Source: Synechococcus sp.
GTDB lineage: Bacteria; Cyanobacteriota; Cyanobacteriia; PCC-6307; Cyanobiaceae
DNA: 64,000 nt
Direction of reading: 5' to 3'
Assembly (NCBI GenBank): GCA_047285535.1
Contig: JBJBDC010000001.1
Span: 480,136 to 544,135 of the forward strand
The notes under the pieces were generated by a model. That model saw only the letters and a list, made by a program, of their open reading frames with translations. It searched no databases and was not told where the DNA came from. The number at the start of each line of letters is the position of its first letter. The stretch's first letter is position 1. Position numbers and translations under genes: made by a program. This document shows, piece after piece, positions 10,652 through 22,019 of the stretch.

Positions 10652-11374
10652 TCAGGATGGCATTGACTCCCAACGATGCAGTTCATCTTGAAAGGGTGAT
10701 TTTTCCAGTAGAGGTAGAAGACCTAGTTTTTCCCTCCAGTCGGCCAGGGGGCGTTCCCACCCTTCTTCCCATCGGCACCCTTCGATGAACGTACCAGCAA
10801 GGCCGACTTGAATGCCGAAGCTAATGCCAGCCCAGATCATGCGATGTTCGGTTGGTTCCATGAAGCTGCGTGTCATCCACGTCGCTAGTGGGGCTATTAC
10901 GCCTGCCTCCTGCATTGAGATAGCGTAATACGCGCTAGTTGCTGCTTCCCCAGCAATTGACACAGGGAAACCGAGCACTAAATGATGGATATCATGAGTA
11001 ATCCTTATTCGGCTATTAAAATACTCTTCATCATCACCACGTTTTATAATCTTTTCAACGGATTTGTTTTGCGCTGAAAGCTCATCGATGCCTAGGCCCT
11101 TCATCCTTTGTTGTACGCAGTAGCCAAGACTGTTGATCGGCATAGCGCCCATTTCTACAGGCGATGGCCAGGTCCCGACGTAGCGTTCTTCAATAAGAGG
11201 CTTGACTTGAGGGTGCTCTAGGAGTTTTTTGAACGTCTTTTTCTGTAGGTCCCACTTGAGGATCGTGCCAAGGTACTTGTTGTGTTGGAGAAGATGATCC
11301 GGATCTTTTGCGGACTGAAGGATGCTCAATCCCAACTTCATCGCGTCTTCTCGTAATTCCGTTCGAGTTGCCAT
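10652..11374 (-). CDS. Coq4-like family protein
   Basis: MPINSLGY, RITHDIHHLVLGF...GEA (HDxxH..E), RWEEGWERPLADWREKLGL. Start placed at MATRTE (11374). Confidence 0.85.
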   Translation of the reverse strand: MATRTELREDAMKLGLSILQSAKDPDHLLQHNKYLGTILKWDLQKKTFKKLLEHPQVKPLIEERYVGTWPSPVEMGAMPINSLGYCVQQRMKGLGIDELSAQNKSVEKIIKRGDDEEYFNSRIRITHDIHHLVLGFPVSIAGEAATSAYYAISMQEAGVIAPLATWMTRSFMEPTEHRMIWAGISFGIQVGLAGTFIEGCRWEEGWERPLADWREKLGLLPLLEKSPFQDELHRWESMPS

Positions 11375-12547
11375 CGGGTTTCCGTGCCTGAACTCTTGTC
11401 CTAGATCTGTTCTGCATAGGTGGCGATACCTAAATCCGAGCAAGGATTTACGGTTAACCGCCAGGATTGATGAACTAGCTTTCAGTTGTTTGTGTTCATA
11501 TAGATTTGAGCTGCTCCACTGCCTACGTTAGATCATACTGTTATGAGCTTTCAGCCTTTCCAACTACTTACGTTTTCACTCAGTAAGTCTTGACCACCTT
11601 TCATATTTGTTTTGACAGATAGTATTGATTTTAAAATTATAGTTTGCATAAATCTATCCCTATTCTTGTTGATTGTGATATTTCCTGAACTGGCTCAGTG
11701 CTTTTCTGCTGTCTTTCAATACTGCTACTCACCCTTCCTTATTAATCTCTTTTCATTATGGTGACTGGTATTCTAGCTGTCTAGAGATGTTATGAATTTG
11801 AATACTGTGATCTGCTAGGGGCTGTGATGTTGGTGGAATTGTGTTTTGTTTTCTTTTTTTGCAGTCTTTGTTCAATCCGATACTCCTCTTTTTTGTAATG
11901 ATTTATTTCCTTTTGAGGCAAAATTGATAAATTCTAACTGTTTGATTGTTCTGTGAATTGGATCAAAGTTGTTATCCCGTCATTGTTTTTGCTAAGCCCT
12001 TGATTGAATCTATCTTTCTTTTATTACGTCTCTTTTACGCAAAATTGCAGGCGTCATTTTTTAACTAATTTGTCTGATCTGCTTGGTGTCCACTGCTTAT
12101 ATACATTCATTATTGTCAGAACAATGTTTGATAGTCTTTTTACGCTAGGCCTGTGCATTAAGTCATGGTTGGCTACGTCTTCTCTTAAGGCTGTGGAACA
12201 GGTAGTTGCGCCTGCATTGTCAAACCTTGCAACGCTACTGAAGCGATAAAACCTATAGGAGATAACTTGCCTATGGCTTTTTCCCTTCTAACAGGTTTCT
12301 TTTATGTTGTTTTGAGAATCATTAAGCATGTAGCGTAGTTGCATTCACTTTATAGGTTTCAAGCCTTGCTTGCCTTTGGCTCTGATTTCGGCTCCGTTTA
12401 GTTGTAACTCAAATCTTTTATTTTATTCTGCATTGCCTGGATGCCTCTCTGTTTTTGATTTTATCTCTTTTGTTGTTCGTTTCGCTTTCATCAATTGCTT
12501 TATGTTGTGACTTTTTTGTTCTTTTGATTCGACTCAGTCTTAATAGG

Positions 12548-12766
12548 TTAATTCCCCGAGTATTTGTTGATGATTGTTTTGCATTGTGGATTATAGTTTG
12601 CACTAGAGTTTGGTACGCTTCTTTTCTCTTGAAGAAGGCATTTTGCAACGGCAGGATCTGGAACTTGTATTGGTCCAAATCCAACTGTTCCTTTGGCCGC
12701 TAGTGCTGTAGATGGGGTCGACATTAGCTGCAGAAGCAGAGATAGTGTCAATGCTATTGATTTCAT
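12548..12766 (-). CDS. Small secreted 2-Cys protein, paralog B
   Basis: Signal peptide ending in ALA; same motif as 9251-9466. Confidence 0.75.
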   Translation of the reverse strand: MKSIALTLSLLLQLMSTPSTALAAKGTVGFGPIQVPDPAVAKCLLQEKRSVPNSSANYNPQCKTIINKYSGN

Positions 12767-12893
12767 TTGTTAGACCATTTTTTGGAGGAGACTGTTTTCT
12801 CCGATGTTTTAACCATCGTTTGATTTGCTGTTTTTCTCATCCCCCAAAAGGGCTAATGTTCGTGGTAAAGAGTCCCCCAATGGTGTGAGTCAA

Positions 12894-12919
12894 TAAAAAA
12901 ACCCCGCAGGTGGCGGGGT
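12894..12919 (-). terminator. Rho-independent terminator
   Basis: Minus strand reads ACCCCGC-CACCT-GCGGGGT followed by a T run. Confidence 0.75.
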
Positions 12920-14395
12920 CAATAAGAGGTTTTTCGTTAGGCGCTGAATGCCTTCTACCTATCTACTTGTACTGATTTAATGATTTACTTCTTTCTCAAA
13001 TGTGGGCGTGGGATGCATGGATGTTTCATCTGAAATGAGTAGCTCTTCTAGAGCAGTTCTATCAGTTGTAGTCCTATTAACGCACTCCATCGTGCCATGT
13101 CTAAGGGAAGAGGCTTCAAACCGGAATGTGGTTATTTCGTGTTTTGGCTAAATTGTCTATGGCGCTGATGGATGACCGCTGTCGTCACCAGGTTCGTCTG
13201 GACAAGTCGGCGTTGATCCAACAGGCTCTTCGCAGACAGGTCCTGGTAGAGGATCCTTTGGATCAAGAGAACCTCCACTATGGGTTCGTAGATCGTTAGA
13301 TCTCGGTTAGCAGCAGGATGGAAAGGCCTCCCTGAGCATTTGAAAGATCTGTTTCGTAGCTTTAGTTCAGTCCAGTAGAACATCATTTGTTCCACTGGCT
13401 GCATCAATGGTCAGGTTGTAACGCATGGTTTGTCACGCAAAGGAAGCTTTCCATCCTGTGGTCTCATTATCGCCCCTTTCAAAGATGCGCGTATTATTAG
13501 AAATCAATGCCTTCAGTGATCCAGTTCACTGCTCCTTTCTGGCTGCGGAAGATTTAATATACAGTTATCCTTATGTTCCTCAACCTACCTTGCCTCCCCC
13601 CATCGACGTTATCCGCTCTGGGACATGCTGGCGCTATCTCGTAGACAGCTTACTTTAGGTGCTAGACCATTAAATAATATCGCCATCGCTTTGCAAATTT
13701 TCATTGCCTCCAGTTTCATAGCTGTTTTCATCAGTTCTTCATCCTATGGAGTTTGATCAAGAGGCTGCTGGTTCAATACGGTCTCTTTAATCCTCAGGAT
13801 CTTCCTATTGATTTCACTGCTCCAGTACGCTTACTTGATGACGACAGAAGGTAATCTCACTATCCAGAATCAACCTTAATTTAGTTGGATTCCTTATCAA
13901 CTGCTCCCTTGACTGGCCCCTAAGTGCAAGACGCAACAGGTTGTCTTTAAGTCGTAGGAGTATGAGAAATGTCATTGTCTATGCGCATTCCAACTGTTGA
14001 CTGTGAGATTGGTTGCCCACGGATTCATCACACTCTACTACCGAACAGTTTGGACATAAGTAGTGCTCACGAGCCTGTTCTGATGATTAAGTTGGTCACG
14101 ATGAGTACTTAAAAGGTTGTGGCCTCTGCTTAATCCTGATTATTCATCTTGGCATACAATGCCTTTTTTAATGACACGGGCCTTTTTTCTCATAAGGGCG
14201 GTATAACCTGTTCAAAAACTGCTTCCTCTGGTTACACAGCTGGCTAGTGACTGCAATCCGGATAAGCATGAGCCAATCTTGCGATGAAGAGTTAACTTCC
14301 ATAAGCAGCGACTTTTTTATGAATTTTTGCTGTCTAGGCGATACTGAAATAGCTCAATTCCCTACCAGAGGCTACTCGTAATCCTTTAATACATT

Positions 14396-14420
14396 AAAAA
14401 TCCCAGTCTGAGACTGGGAA
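14396..14420 (-). terminator. Terminator downstream of tRNA-Ser
   Basis: TCCCAGTC-TGA-GACTGGGA hairpin followed by TTTTT on the minus strand. Confidence 0.7.
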
Positions 14421-14438
14421 TATTTGGTTATTTAGGAG

Positions 14439-14523
14439 CGGAGAGGGTGGGATTCGAACCCACGGATGCTTTCACATCGCTGGTTTTCAAGACCAGAGCC
14501 ATCAACCACTCGACCACCTCTCC
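14439..14523 (-). tRNA. trnS: tRNA-Ser (anticodon UGA)
   Basis: Reverse complement GGAGAGGTGGTCGAGTGG...CTGGT-CTTGAAA-ACCAG...GGTTCGAATCCCACCCTCTCCG with a long variable arm; CCA not encoded. Confidence 0.97.
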
Positions 14524-14888
14524 AGTGCATCGATATTATCATCTTGCCAGGTGGCATGAGAGATCTGCTTACTAATTTTCAGAAGCTAATCTGTTGTAAT
14601 AATGAGGATCCCACTTGGTTTGCGTACTAATTTTTTATAGAGGAACAATGAAGATTGTTGATTGAGTCGTAATATGGGTTGCTATGTTGTTTTTTGGTGA
14701 GGCAATATATTTTTCTGTATTCAACGTTCAGACAAGAATTAACTGCTTGAGCCATGCTTTGGAATAAGGCGGTGTTCGTACTGTTCTCAAGGAGGAGTGT
14801 CAGTTTGGAATCTTTTTGTCGATTCCATTTGATCCGCCAATGTGACAAGACTCAAGCTTTTTCTAGAGCTTTTTATTTGTTCTATTTG

Positions 14889-17231
14889 CTAGCTGTTTGG
14901 CTTTGTTAATGGCAAGAGGCATTTATCCGAATCGCATCCCGCTGGACCTGCTTCCTCTAGTTCACCAATATCGTAACGTTGCAGGGCATCAAAGAAATCA
15001 TTATTTACTCTGCGTTCAATGACTTGTTTTTGGAGGGTTTGGTAAGTATCTGCATCGATCGGTTCAAATGGCAGCCTAGGGAAGGTGGCATTTGCGTCAA
15101 AGCGGGCAAGAAGAGCTGCAGATATATACCCACCACTGTGCTCAATTGTCCTGTGAAGAGCATCCGTTAAGGCTTCAATCTCATGCTCGCGAAATTCGAT
15201 TGTTGCGGATGTGTTGTGTGCGGTGTAGTGGGATTGGACCTGCATATAGAAATCAAATTGAGCCAGTGCAGAGAATACATTTATGTCAACTGCATCAGCT
15301 CCAGGAAGATTGGCCCAGCTCACTTCTGTTGGAATTTCTACCAGCCATTCAGTGCAACGTGCATCAAAAGGATCATTGAGCAGACGCCCTTGATCATCCT
15401 TATCTGATTGTGATGGAACAATTGTGTATCCATAATCCATGCAGGCCATAGCGACAGGATCGTTTTTGCGGAATGTGATCCTTCTGATGAAGCGTTGAGC
15501 TTTGGGGGGATGCCATCCAGGTGCAGCACCAGTGAGAAGACTTTTGGTACCTGCGGGTTGAACTGTTGTGCAACGATTTGGACGACGTAAGCCATGCCGA
15601 TCGCAATAATCCCAGACGGTTTCATTGACAATGTTTTTCCAACGCTTTAGGTACGATGCTTCCTGTTGCTTGAAGACAAGACCTTCTGTTGTTTCTGGTC
15701 GACCAGCCTCCCACCACTGCAGCCAGGGTGTTCCAAATGCATGAACGAAAAAGTCAAAGAGTCCTGTAAAACTCACACCTACAATCGGATCCCACTCCCG
15801 ACTCTGACGGTACCGTTCAACTTCGAACCGATGATTGAGCAAACAGGCCACAGAGAGTGCGCCAGCACGAAAGGCTTCCCGTTGTGATTCATCATCGTGT
15901 GGATCAATTTGGTTCAGATGAACTTCTGCAAGATTGCAGTGGAAATCGGCACCAAGAATTTCTCCGCAGGGATTGAGTCCATACCTGCTAAGACGATGTT
16001 CTAGCTCTTCTTTCGGAATTGGCCCATGGTTTTCTTCTAACCAACGACCTGCCTCATCACGTCCTTGATCGCAGTAGATCTCGATGAATTCTCGTCGCAA
16101 CTCCTGCGTTGTCAGTAAGTCTGCATTGGATCGAGCAATGGCTTCAGGGGCAAATTGAATGGCTCCTTCGCCACTGTGGAATTGCCGTGTCACCGCTTCT
16201 AGAAGGACCTCTTTACTGGGACGCGTGTGGTAGACACGCGTGTGATTCGCCATCCGAAGTGCATCACGTTCTGGATCAATTCTCCAATTCCCTTTTGAGT
16301 CTTGCTGCCATAGATTTTCCTTTGCACCGGCTGCTTCTGTGTCGTCAGAGGCGAATTGGCGCATGCCAGCACTTCTCCTGATGTTTCCGGCGACAATCGT
16401 CACTGCCGCTTCATCAATTAATAAACAGCATTCTATTGATGTAAGTTGTCGCCCTACGGCTTTTCCCAGTAATTTTGCTACGCGTCCATAGAGATCTTTT
16501 AATTTGACTGGATTAGCCATTCCTCCAAATCCCTTGAGGGTCTCACCTACTGGACGTACATCGGAAAGATCTATGTTGATTTTTACTGTTTTTCCATCAA
16601 AGCGAGGATCACTACTAAGCTCCAATATCAGCTGATAGCTATCGACCCATCCTCTCCGTGTATCGCCAACTTTGATTGATACTGTGTCCCCAGTTATTGT
16701 ATGAGATGTGGATTCTTGCCTGTTCTGAGCAGGAGTGATTCCGATATCTGAAACACTTAGAATTTGAATTGGGTTACTCACCACCGGAAGTTGATCGATG
16801 AAATGAGGTTCGATGATGGCGCCTGTACCGCAACCCATCATCGCCAGGTCCATCATCAGCCCAAACGCTTCCCAATCAACAAGATTTGTTGAGGTGCAGT
16901 TGTAGGCTCCAGAAAAATTTTCGGGTTGTTCTATCCATGGTGTTCCCCCAATCCATTGCCAACGTCCAGACGGAAGAGCTTTTTTTTCAGCCTGCATCCT
17001 TGCAATCAGCTTGATCTCCTCGGGATTGAGAGATCCCAGTTTTTGAAGACCTGAACGATTCCGTTCACTGACTTCATTCCAGCTTTCCCTCCCCTTGGGA
17101 AGTCGACGGCTGTAAGTCCGATAAAAAACGGGGTTGGCGGCAGGAGCACTTGCAGGGAAATCACCATGGGTTGCAGCGTGTCCTGCCGTTTGAGAAATGG
17201 TCTCTTCTGAACGGGTTGGTGTGAGTGTCAC
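14889..17231 (-). CDS. nrdJ: Class II adenosylcobalamin-dependent ribonucleotide reductase
   Basis: AYNC, GNIRRSA, LNPCGE, TTVQPAGT and C-terminal CDSDKC. Confidence 0.95.
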   Translation of the reverse strand: MTLTPTRSEETISQTAGHAATHGDFPASAPAANPVFYRTYSRRLPKGRESWNEVSERNRSGLQKLGSLNPEEIKLIARMQAEKKALPSGRWQWIGGTPWIEQPENFSGAYNCTSTNLVDWEAFGLMMDLAMMGCGTGAIIEPHFIDQLPVVSNPIQILSVSDIGITPAQNRQESTSHTITGDTVSIKVGDTRRGWVDSYQLILELSSDPRFDGKTVKINIDLSDVRPVGETLKGFGGMANPVKLKDLYGRVAKLLGKAVGRQLTSIECCLLIDEAAVTIVAGNIRRSAGMRQFASDDTEAAGAKENLWQQDSKGNWRIDPERDALRMANHTRVYHTRPSKEVLLEAVTRQFHSGEGAIQFAPEAIARSNADLLTTQELRREFIEIYCDQGRDEAGRWLEENHGPIPKEELEHRLSRYGLNPCGEILGADFHCNLAEVHLNQIDPHDDESQREAFRAGALSVACLLNHRFEVERYRQSREWDPIVGVSFTGLFDFFVHAFGTPWLQWWEAGRPETTEGLVFKQQEASYLKRWKNIVNETVWDYCDRHGLRRPNRCTTVQPAGTKSLLTGAAPGWHPPKAQRFIRRITFRKNDPVAMACMDYGYTIVPSQSDKDDQGRLLNDPFDARCTEWLVEIPTEVSWANLPGADAVDINVFSALAQFDFYMQVQSHYTAHNTSATIEFREHEIEALTDALHRTIEHSGGYISAALLARFDANATFPRLPFEPIDADTYQTLQKQVIERRVNNDFFDALQRYDIGELEEAGPAGCDSDKCLLPLTKPNS

Positions 17232-17618
17232 TAGAGCTTACCGCCGATCTTTCCGAGATACTAACTCCACCCATGGAGTCTTCAACCCTGTCAGAGCACT
17301 ATCAGCAGCGTTTCCATGGCTCGGCTCTGGATCGAATGTTCCATCTGCCTGCCTCTGGCCTGCCTTTCTGTTTTCTCATGGGTGTTGGTACGACCAGTTT
17401 CTTCACTTTGTATTCCCTAGGCCTTTGTTTTTAGGCTTTTGATCGGTTTATTTATGCGTAGATATTTTATTTTTAATCATCTCCTCTTTGTTGTACAAAG
17501 ATCTCTTGTGGATGCGTTTCTATTCCGTCCGCCAATGCTTGCTTGATGTTTTTTTCTGTGTTTTAATGCTGATGCTATTTGTTTTATCCTTTTCATTGCA
17601 AGTTTTACTTTTGTCTGC

Positions 17619-18314
17619 ATGCAACGCATTCCAGAGCCGGAATTGATGATCTCGGCTGATCAGGTTGCTGCCTATGCCGGCGCTAATTTTAGTGAATCCG
17701 ATCAGTCCTTCGTTGATCATTTGTCTGAGCATATTTTTCATCAGGACGATTTTCTTTTGCCAGGTAGCATTGTTCTTGATTTAGGCTGCGGCCCAGGAAA
17801 TATTGCCGAGCGTTTGGCTCCTCTCTGGCCGTTATCGGATGTGATTGGAATTGATGGTGCTTCTACCATGATTGACGTTGCTATCGAGCGCATGAAGTCG
17901 CTTCCTGTTCTTGCTCATAATTTAAGATATGTCCTTGCAGATCTTAAAAATATTGATTTTGACTGTGTCGGTATAAGTAAAGGTGCTTCTTTGATTGTAA
18001 GTAATAGCGTGTTACATCATCTTCATGATCCCCAGCACCTTTGGTTGGCAGTTAAGAAACTTGCCCAACCTGGTGCTTTCATGTTGCACCGTGATCTTCG
18101 CCGTCCTGCAAATGAGCAGGAGGTTGAGGCGCTGTGTCATCGCTACGTCAACAATGCCCCACCTGTTTTAAAGCGCGACTATCGCGCGTCTCTCAAGGCA
18201 GCCTTTCGTGCTGATGAAGTCCGTGAACAGCTCCATGCGACTGGTTTGAGAGATCTCAATGTTGTTGAACTTGGGGATCGTTATCTCGAGGTCTTCGGTT
18301 GGTGGTTTCCTTGA
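17619..18314 (+). CDS. Class I SAM-dependent methyltransferase
   Basis: VLDLGCGPG, GIDG, SNSVLHH. Confidence 0.9.
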   Translation: MQRIPEPELMISADQVAAYAGANFSESDQSFVDHLSEHIFHQDDFLLPGSIVLDLGCGPGNIAERLAPLWPLSDVIGIDGASTMIDVAIERMKSLPVLAHNLRYVLADLKNIDFDCVGISKGASLIVSNSVLHHLHDPQHLWLAVKKLAQPGAFMLHRDLRRPANEQEVEALCHRYVNNAPPVLKRDYRASLKAAFRADEVREQLHATGLRDLNVVELGDRYLEVFGWWFP

Positions 18315-18368
18315 TTGGCGTTGGAAGAGGCTGTTGCCTGTCAGGCTGGTTCTCTCAACATCGAGATC

Positions 18369-20033
18369 ATGGCTACCAGATTAGAGACTGAGAACAGCAA
18401 TGCCTTCGAATCACGCGGAGGTGAGAGTGATCTCGCAGGGGCAGTGGCTCGGCGTCGCAACTTTGCGATCATTTCCCACCCGGATGCTGGTAAAACCACC
18501 TTGACTGAGAAGTTATTGCTTTACGGAGGTGCGATTCAACAGGCAGGTGCGGTAAAGGCTCGAGGTGAGCAGCGAAAGGTGACCTCCGATTGGATGGAGC
18601 TGGAAAAACAGCGTGGCATCTCAATCACCTCCACTGTCTTGCAGTTCGACTACTCCGGCAGCACCATCAATTTGCTTGATACACCTGGGCACCAGGATTT
18701 CTCTGAAGACACTTATCGAACGCTCGCTGCAGCTGATAACGCAGTGATGCTTGAAGATGCAGCCAAGGGTCTAGAGCCTCAAACAAGAAAGCTTTTTGAG
18801 GTCTGCAAGATGCGCGAGATCCCGATCTTTACGTTCATCAACAAGATGGATCGTCCAGGAAGAGAGCCTTTGTCTCTATTGGATGAAATTGAGTCTGAAC
18901 TCGGTCTTACCCCTTGGGCTGTGAATTGGCCCATTGGCAGTGGTGACTTCTTTAGAGGTGTGATTGATCGTCGTACCCGCCAGGTTGTTCTGTTCAGCCG
19001 TGCTGAGCGAGGTCGACAGTCCCACGAGAAGCAACTTGATTTGGATGACCCTGATTTATTAAATTTAGTAGAGCCAGATCTTTTGGCACAAGCCGTAGAA
19101 GATCTTGAGTTACTCGACGCAGCTGGCGCAGAACTTGATCTCGAATTGGTTCATGCCGGTGAACTCACCCCGGTCTTCTTTGGATCCGCAATGACCAACT
19201 TTGGAGTGCGTCCATTTCTTGATGCCTTTATGGATATGGCCCAAAAGCCTGTTGCGCGTCTCGGTACTGATGGACCTGTTGATCCTTTGCGACAAGATTT
19301 CAGTGGGTTTGTTTTCAAGCTTCAAGCAAATATGGATCCGCGTCATCGTGATCGCGTTGCCTTTGTCCGGGTTTGTAGTGGCCGTTTTGAAAAAGATATG
19401 TCTGTTCGTCATGCCCGTACTGGCCGAACCATTCGGCTTTCGCGACCTCAAAAATTGTTTGGCCAAGATAGAGCCGTTGTTGAAGATGCTTATCCGGGTG
19501 ATGTGATCGGTTTGAATAATCCTGGGATGTTTTCGATTGGAGATACGCTCTATACCGGTTTAAAAGTTGAATACGAAGGGATTCCTTGCTTTAGTCCGGA
19601 AATATTTAGTTGGTTACGCAACCCAAATCCTTCAGCGTTCAAAAACTTCCGTAAAGGCATCAATGAGCTTCGCGAGGAGGGTGCTGTTCAAATCCTTTAC
19701 GACACAGACGAAAGCAAACGCGATCCCATTCTGGCGGCAGTAGGACAATTACAGCTGGAAGTGGTGCAGCACCGTCTTGAACATGAGTATGGGGTAGCAA
19801 CTCGGCTTGAACCACTTGGTTATCAAGTTGCACGTTGGGTTTCTGGTGGATGGTCGTCCCTAGAGGATGTAGGTCGAATTTTCAATTGCAAAACCGTACG
19901 CGACGCCTGGAATCGTCCTGTCCTGCTGTTTAAAAATGAATGGAATCTGAATCAACTCATCGAAGAGCATCCTGATCTTGCTCTGAGTTCTGTCGCACCG
20001 GTGGTCAGCGGTGTCGAACCAATCAGCCTTTAA
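18369..20033 (+). CDS. prfC: Peptide chain release factor 3
   Basis: [50 protein letters not shown] at 18369 preferred as start. Confidence 0.97.
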   Translation: MATRLETENSNAFESRGGESDLAGAVARRRNFAIISHPDAGKTTLTEKLLLYGGAIQQAGAVKARGEQRKVTSDWMELEKQRGISITSTVLQFDYSGSTINLLDTPGHQDFSEDTYRTLAAADNAVMLEDAAKGLEPQTRKLFEVCKMREIPIFTFINKMDRPGREPLSLLDEIESELGLTPWAVNWPIGSGDFFRGVIDRRTRQVVLFSRAERGRQSHEKQLDLDDPDLLNLVEPDLLAQAVEDLELLDAAGAELDLELVHAGELTPVFFGSAMTNFGVRPFLDAFMDMAQKPVARLGTDGPVDPLRQDFSGFVFKLQANMDPRHRDRVAFVRVCSGRFEKDMSVRHARTGRTIRLSRPQKLFGQDRAVVEDAYPGDVIGLNNPGMFSIGDTLYTGLKVEYEGIPCFSPEIFSWLRNPNPSAFKNFRKGINELREEGAVQILYDTDESKRDPILAAVGQLQLEVVQHRLEHEYGVATRLEPLGYQVARWVSGGWSSLEDVGRIFNCKTVRDAWNRPVLLFKNEWNLNQLIEEHPDLALSSVAPVVSGVEPISL

Positions 20034-20105
20034 TAAGTCGGGAAAAAGCCGGAAAAATTTTCGATTCGGTCACAACATTGCTTCACAATTGCCAGACTGG
20101 TTGCT

Positions 20106-20342
20106 ATGAATCTGCTATTGCACCGTCACGTTTGGCTGCTACGTCCTTGTGCTGATGGAGGCACAGACTATGTCTGCTTTCGCCCCCAGCAGGATCGTGT
20201 TGAGGTCGTTGAGGGATACCACCTTCCTCCTCAAATGCCTCTGATCAAGCGTCGAACATGGCTTGATTCCATTGATGTGCCAGGTTGTTGTCATCAATTG
20301 CAGAACGTTCAAGGTTTTAAACACGGCCAGCCACTGTTTTGA
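20106..20342 (+). CDS. Conserved hypothetical protein (78 aa)
   Basis: ATG start, fills the gap between core genes, protein-like sequence. Confidence 0.6.
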   Translation: MNLLLHRHVWLLRPCADGGTDYVCFRPQQDRVEVVEGYHLPPQMPLIKRRTWLDSIDVPGCCHQLQNVQGFKHGQPLF

Positions 20343-20406
20343 TTCAACGCATCTCTCCCGATCCAGCACTTTGCTCGATACGCTCAATACAGAATGAATC
20401 GATCTA

Positions 20407-21096
20407 ATGGCATCGGGGGTTGATCTTGGCTCCAGCTCAGAGTCCCAAGACCCTTATGAAAGGCTTGGAATTTCAGCTGATGCGGGGTTTGAGGACGTTC
20501 AACGAGCTCGTGAAGCATCCTTGAAGGCTGCCGGTGAAGACCCACTGGCGAGAGCTCGAATTGAATCCGCTTACGACGCGGTGTTGATGGGGCGTTTGCG
20601 TCAGAGGCAGTCCGGAACGATTAGTTCTGCAGCGGTCAACGCATCTCGTATCGAAAGTCAAAAAAATGCTAGTCCTTCATCTGCTCAGGGAAATACACCT
20701 GCGCTATTAACGAGGATCCGAAGCTTATCCCTGCCAACCTCATCCTTTAATTCTTCTGGCTTTTTCCCCAGTCTGAGCCTGGTTCAAGGCCAGGGCTTGA
20801 TTGTGAGATTGCTCACAGGAGGCCTCGGCCTGCTGTTGCTGATCTTGGTCCCTACAGGTGTTGACCTTGTACTTGCTCTCGCCACGATTGGCCTCATTCT
20901 TTCTCAGGTCAAACGAGGGCGAAAACCACTGGGTTCTCTTGGTTGGAGTCTGGCCCTTGTGGCTTTGGGTCTGTTTTTAGGTGCGGCTCTGACCAGCTTG
21001 TTGGGTCCCGCTTCGGGGCTACCTCTTAGTCCATTTCAGTTACAAGCCTTACCAGCCTATGTACTTCTTCTTGCTGGTTCATTGTTGTTCCTCTAA
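20407..21096 (+). CDS. CPP1-like (J-like domain plus transmembrane helices) protein
   Basis: DPYERLGISADAGFEDVQRAR..IESAYDAVLM followed by hydrophobic helices. Confidence 0.85.
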   Translation: MASGVDLGSSSESQDPYERLGISADAGFEDVQRAREASLKAAGEDPLARARIESAYDAVLMGRLRQRQSGTISSAAVNASRIESQKNASPSSAQGNTPALLTRIRSLSLPTSSFNSSGFFPSLSLVQGQGLIVRLLTGGLGLLLLILVPTGVDLVLALATIGLILSQVKRGRKPLGSLGWSLALVALGLFLGAALTSLLGPASGLPLSPFQLQALPAYVLLLAGSLLFL

Positions 21097-21104
21097 ATCA
21101 GTCT

Positions 21105-22010
21105 TTACAGAGTATTGATTAGCGCCGCTAAAGCTGTTTCATCAAGCTTGTAGACCTCACTGCAAAAATGGCAGGTAAGTTCAGCTCCTCTGTCTTCAAG
21201 TAGCATATTGTTGAGTTCTTCTTTCCCCAGCATCGTCAGAGCGTTAAGACTTCGTTTTCTGCTGCAAGGACAGGAAAATTGTATGGCTTGCATCGATTCC
21301 CCAGCTGGAATCGGTTGTGGGTCTAGATCTGGGAAAACCTCTTCAAGCAGAGTTTCTAGGTGATTTTGGCAATCCCTCAAATGCTTGCTGAAGTTCTTGA
21401 TTTCACGGCAACGATCCTCTAGTAATGCAACAAGAGCAGGTTCCTCCGCGGCTTTGGGTAGTACCTGAACTAGTAGTCCTCCACTACATCCCAGCCCTTC
21501 ATGATTGATTGTTTCACCTACAAATACTGCTGAGGGCGTTTGTTCTGAATGAAGCAGATATGAAGCGACATCTTCTCCGATTCCACCGCGCACCAATTCA
21601 ACCGTGCTGCTGAAGGGTTCCCCTTTGCCTTCGTCTCTGACGACGTGAAGATAGCCCGTTCCTGCTGCAGCCTTGAAATCGAAACTGTAGTGACCAGTCT
21701 CATCCTCAATGGGATCTAATTCCAGTTCTGGATGACCCACATATCCACGCACGCGTCCGTCTCTACCAGCATCAACAAACAGTCCTCCGATCGGTCCATC
21801 GGAACGAATGCGCATATTCACGCGACCATGTTTCACCTTCATTGAACTGGCCAGCAACAGCCCAGCACTCATGGCCCGGCCTAACATCACCGTCGTGAGA
21901 TAAGACAAGCCGTGGCGACGTCTGGCCTCGCGTGTGGTTTCAGTGGTCGTTACAGCAACGAGTCGGATGCCACCGCCCGCGGCAGTGGCCCGTACAAGGC
22001 AGTCACCCAT
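21105..22010 (-). CDS. hslO: Hsp33 redox chaperone
   Basis: [11 protein letters not shown] and Zn ligands CPCS...CHFC. Confidence 0.95.
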   Translation of the reverse strand: MGDCLVRATAAGGGIRLVAVTTTETTREARRRHGLSYLTTVMLGRAMSAGLLLASSMKVKHGRVNMRIRSDGPIGGLFVDAGRDGRVRGYVGHPELELDPIEDETGHYSFDFKAAAGTGYLHVVRDEGKGEPFSSTVELVRGGIGEDVASYLLHSEQTPSAVFVGETINHEGLGCSGGLLVQVLPKAAEEPALVALLEDRCREIKNFSKHLRDCQNHLETLLEEVFPDLDPQPIPAGESMQAIQFSCPCSRKRSLNALTMLGKEELNNMLLEDRGAELTCHFCSEVYKLDETALAALINTL

Positions 22011-22019
22011 GGCGTGTGA

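Noticed and set aside
14889..17231. Intein or intron in nrdJ
   Set aside because: Continuous 780-aa ORF of ordinary length with no splicing motifs
17232..17618. Cobalamin riboswitch upstream of nrdJ
   Set aside because: No B12-box or conserved core elements visible
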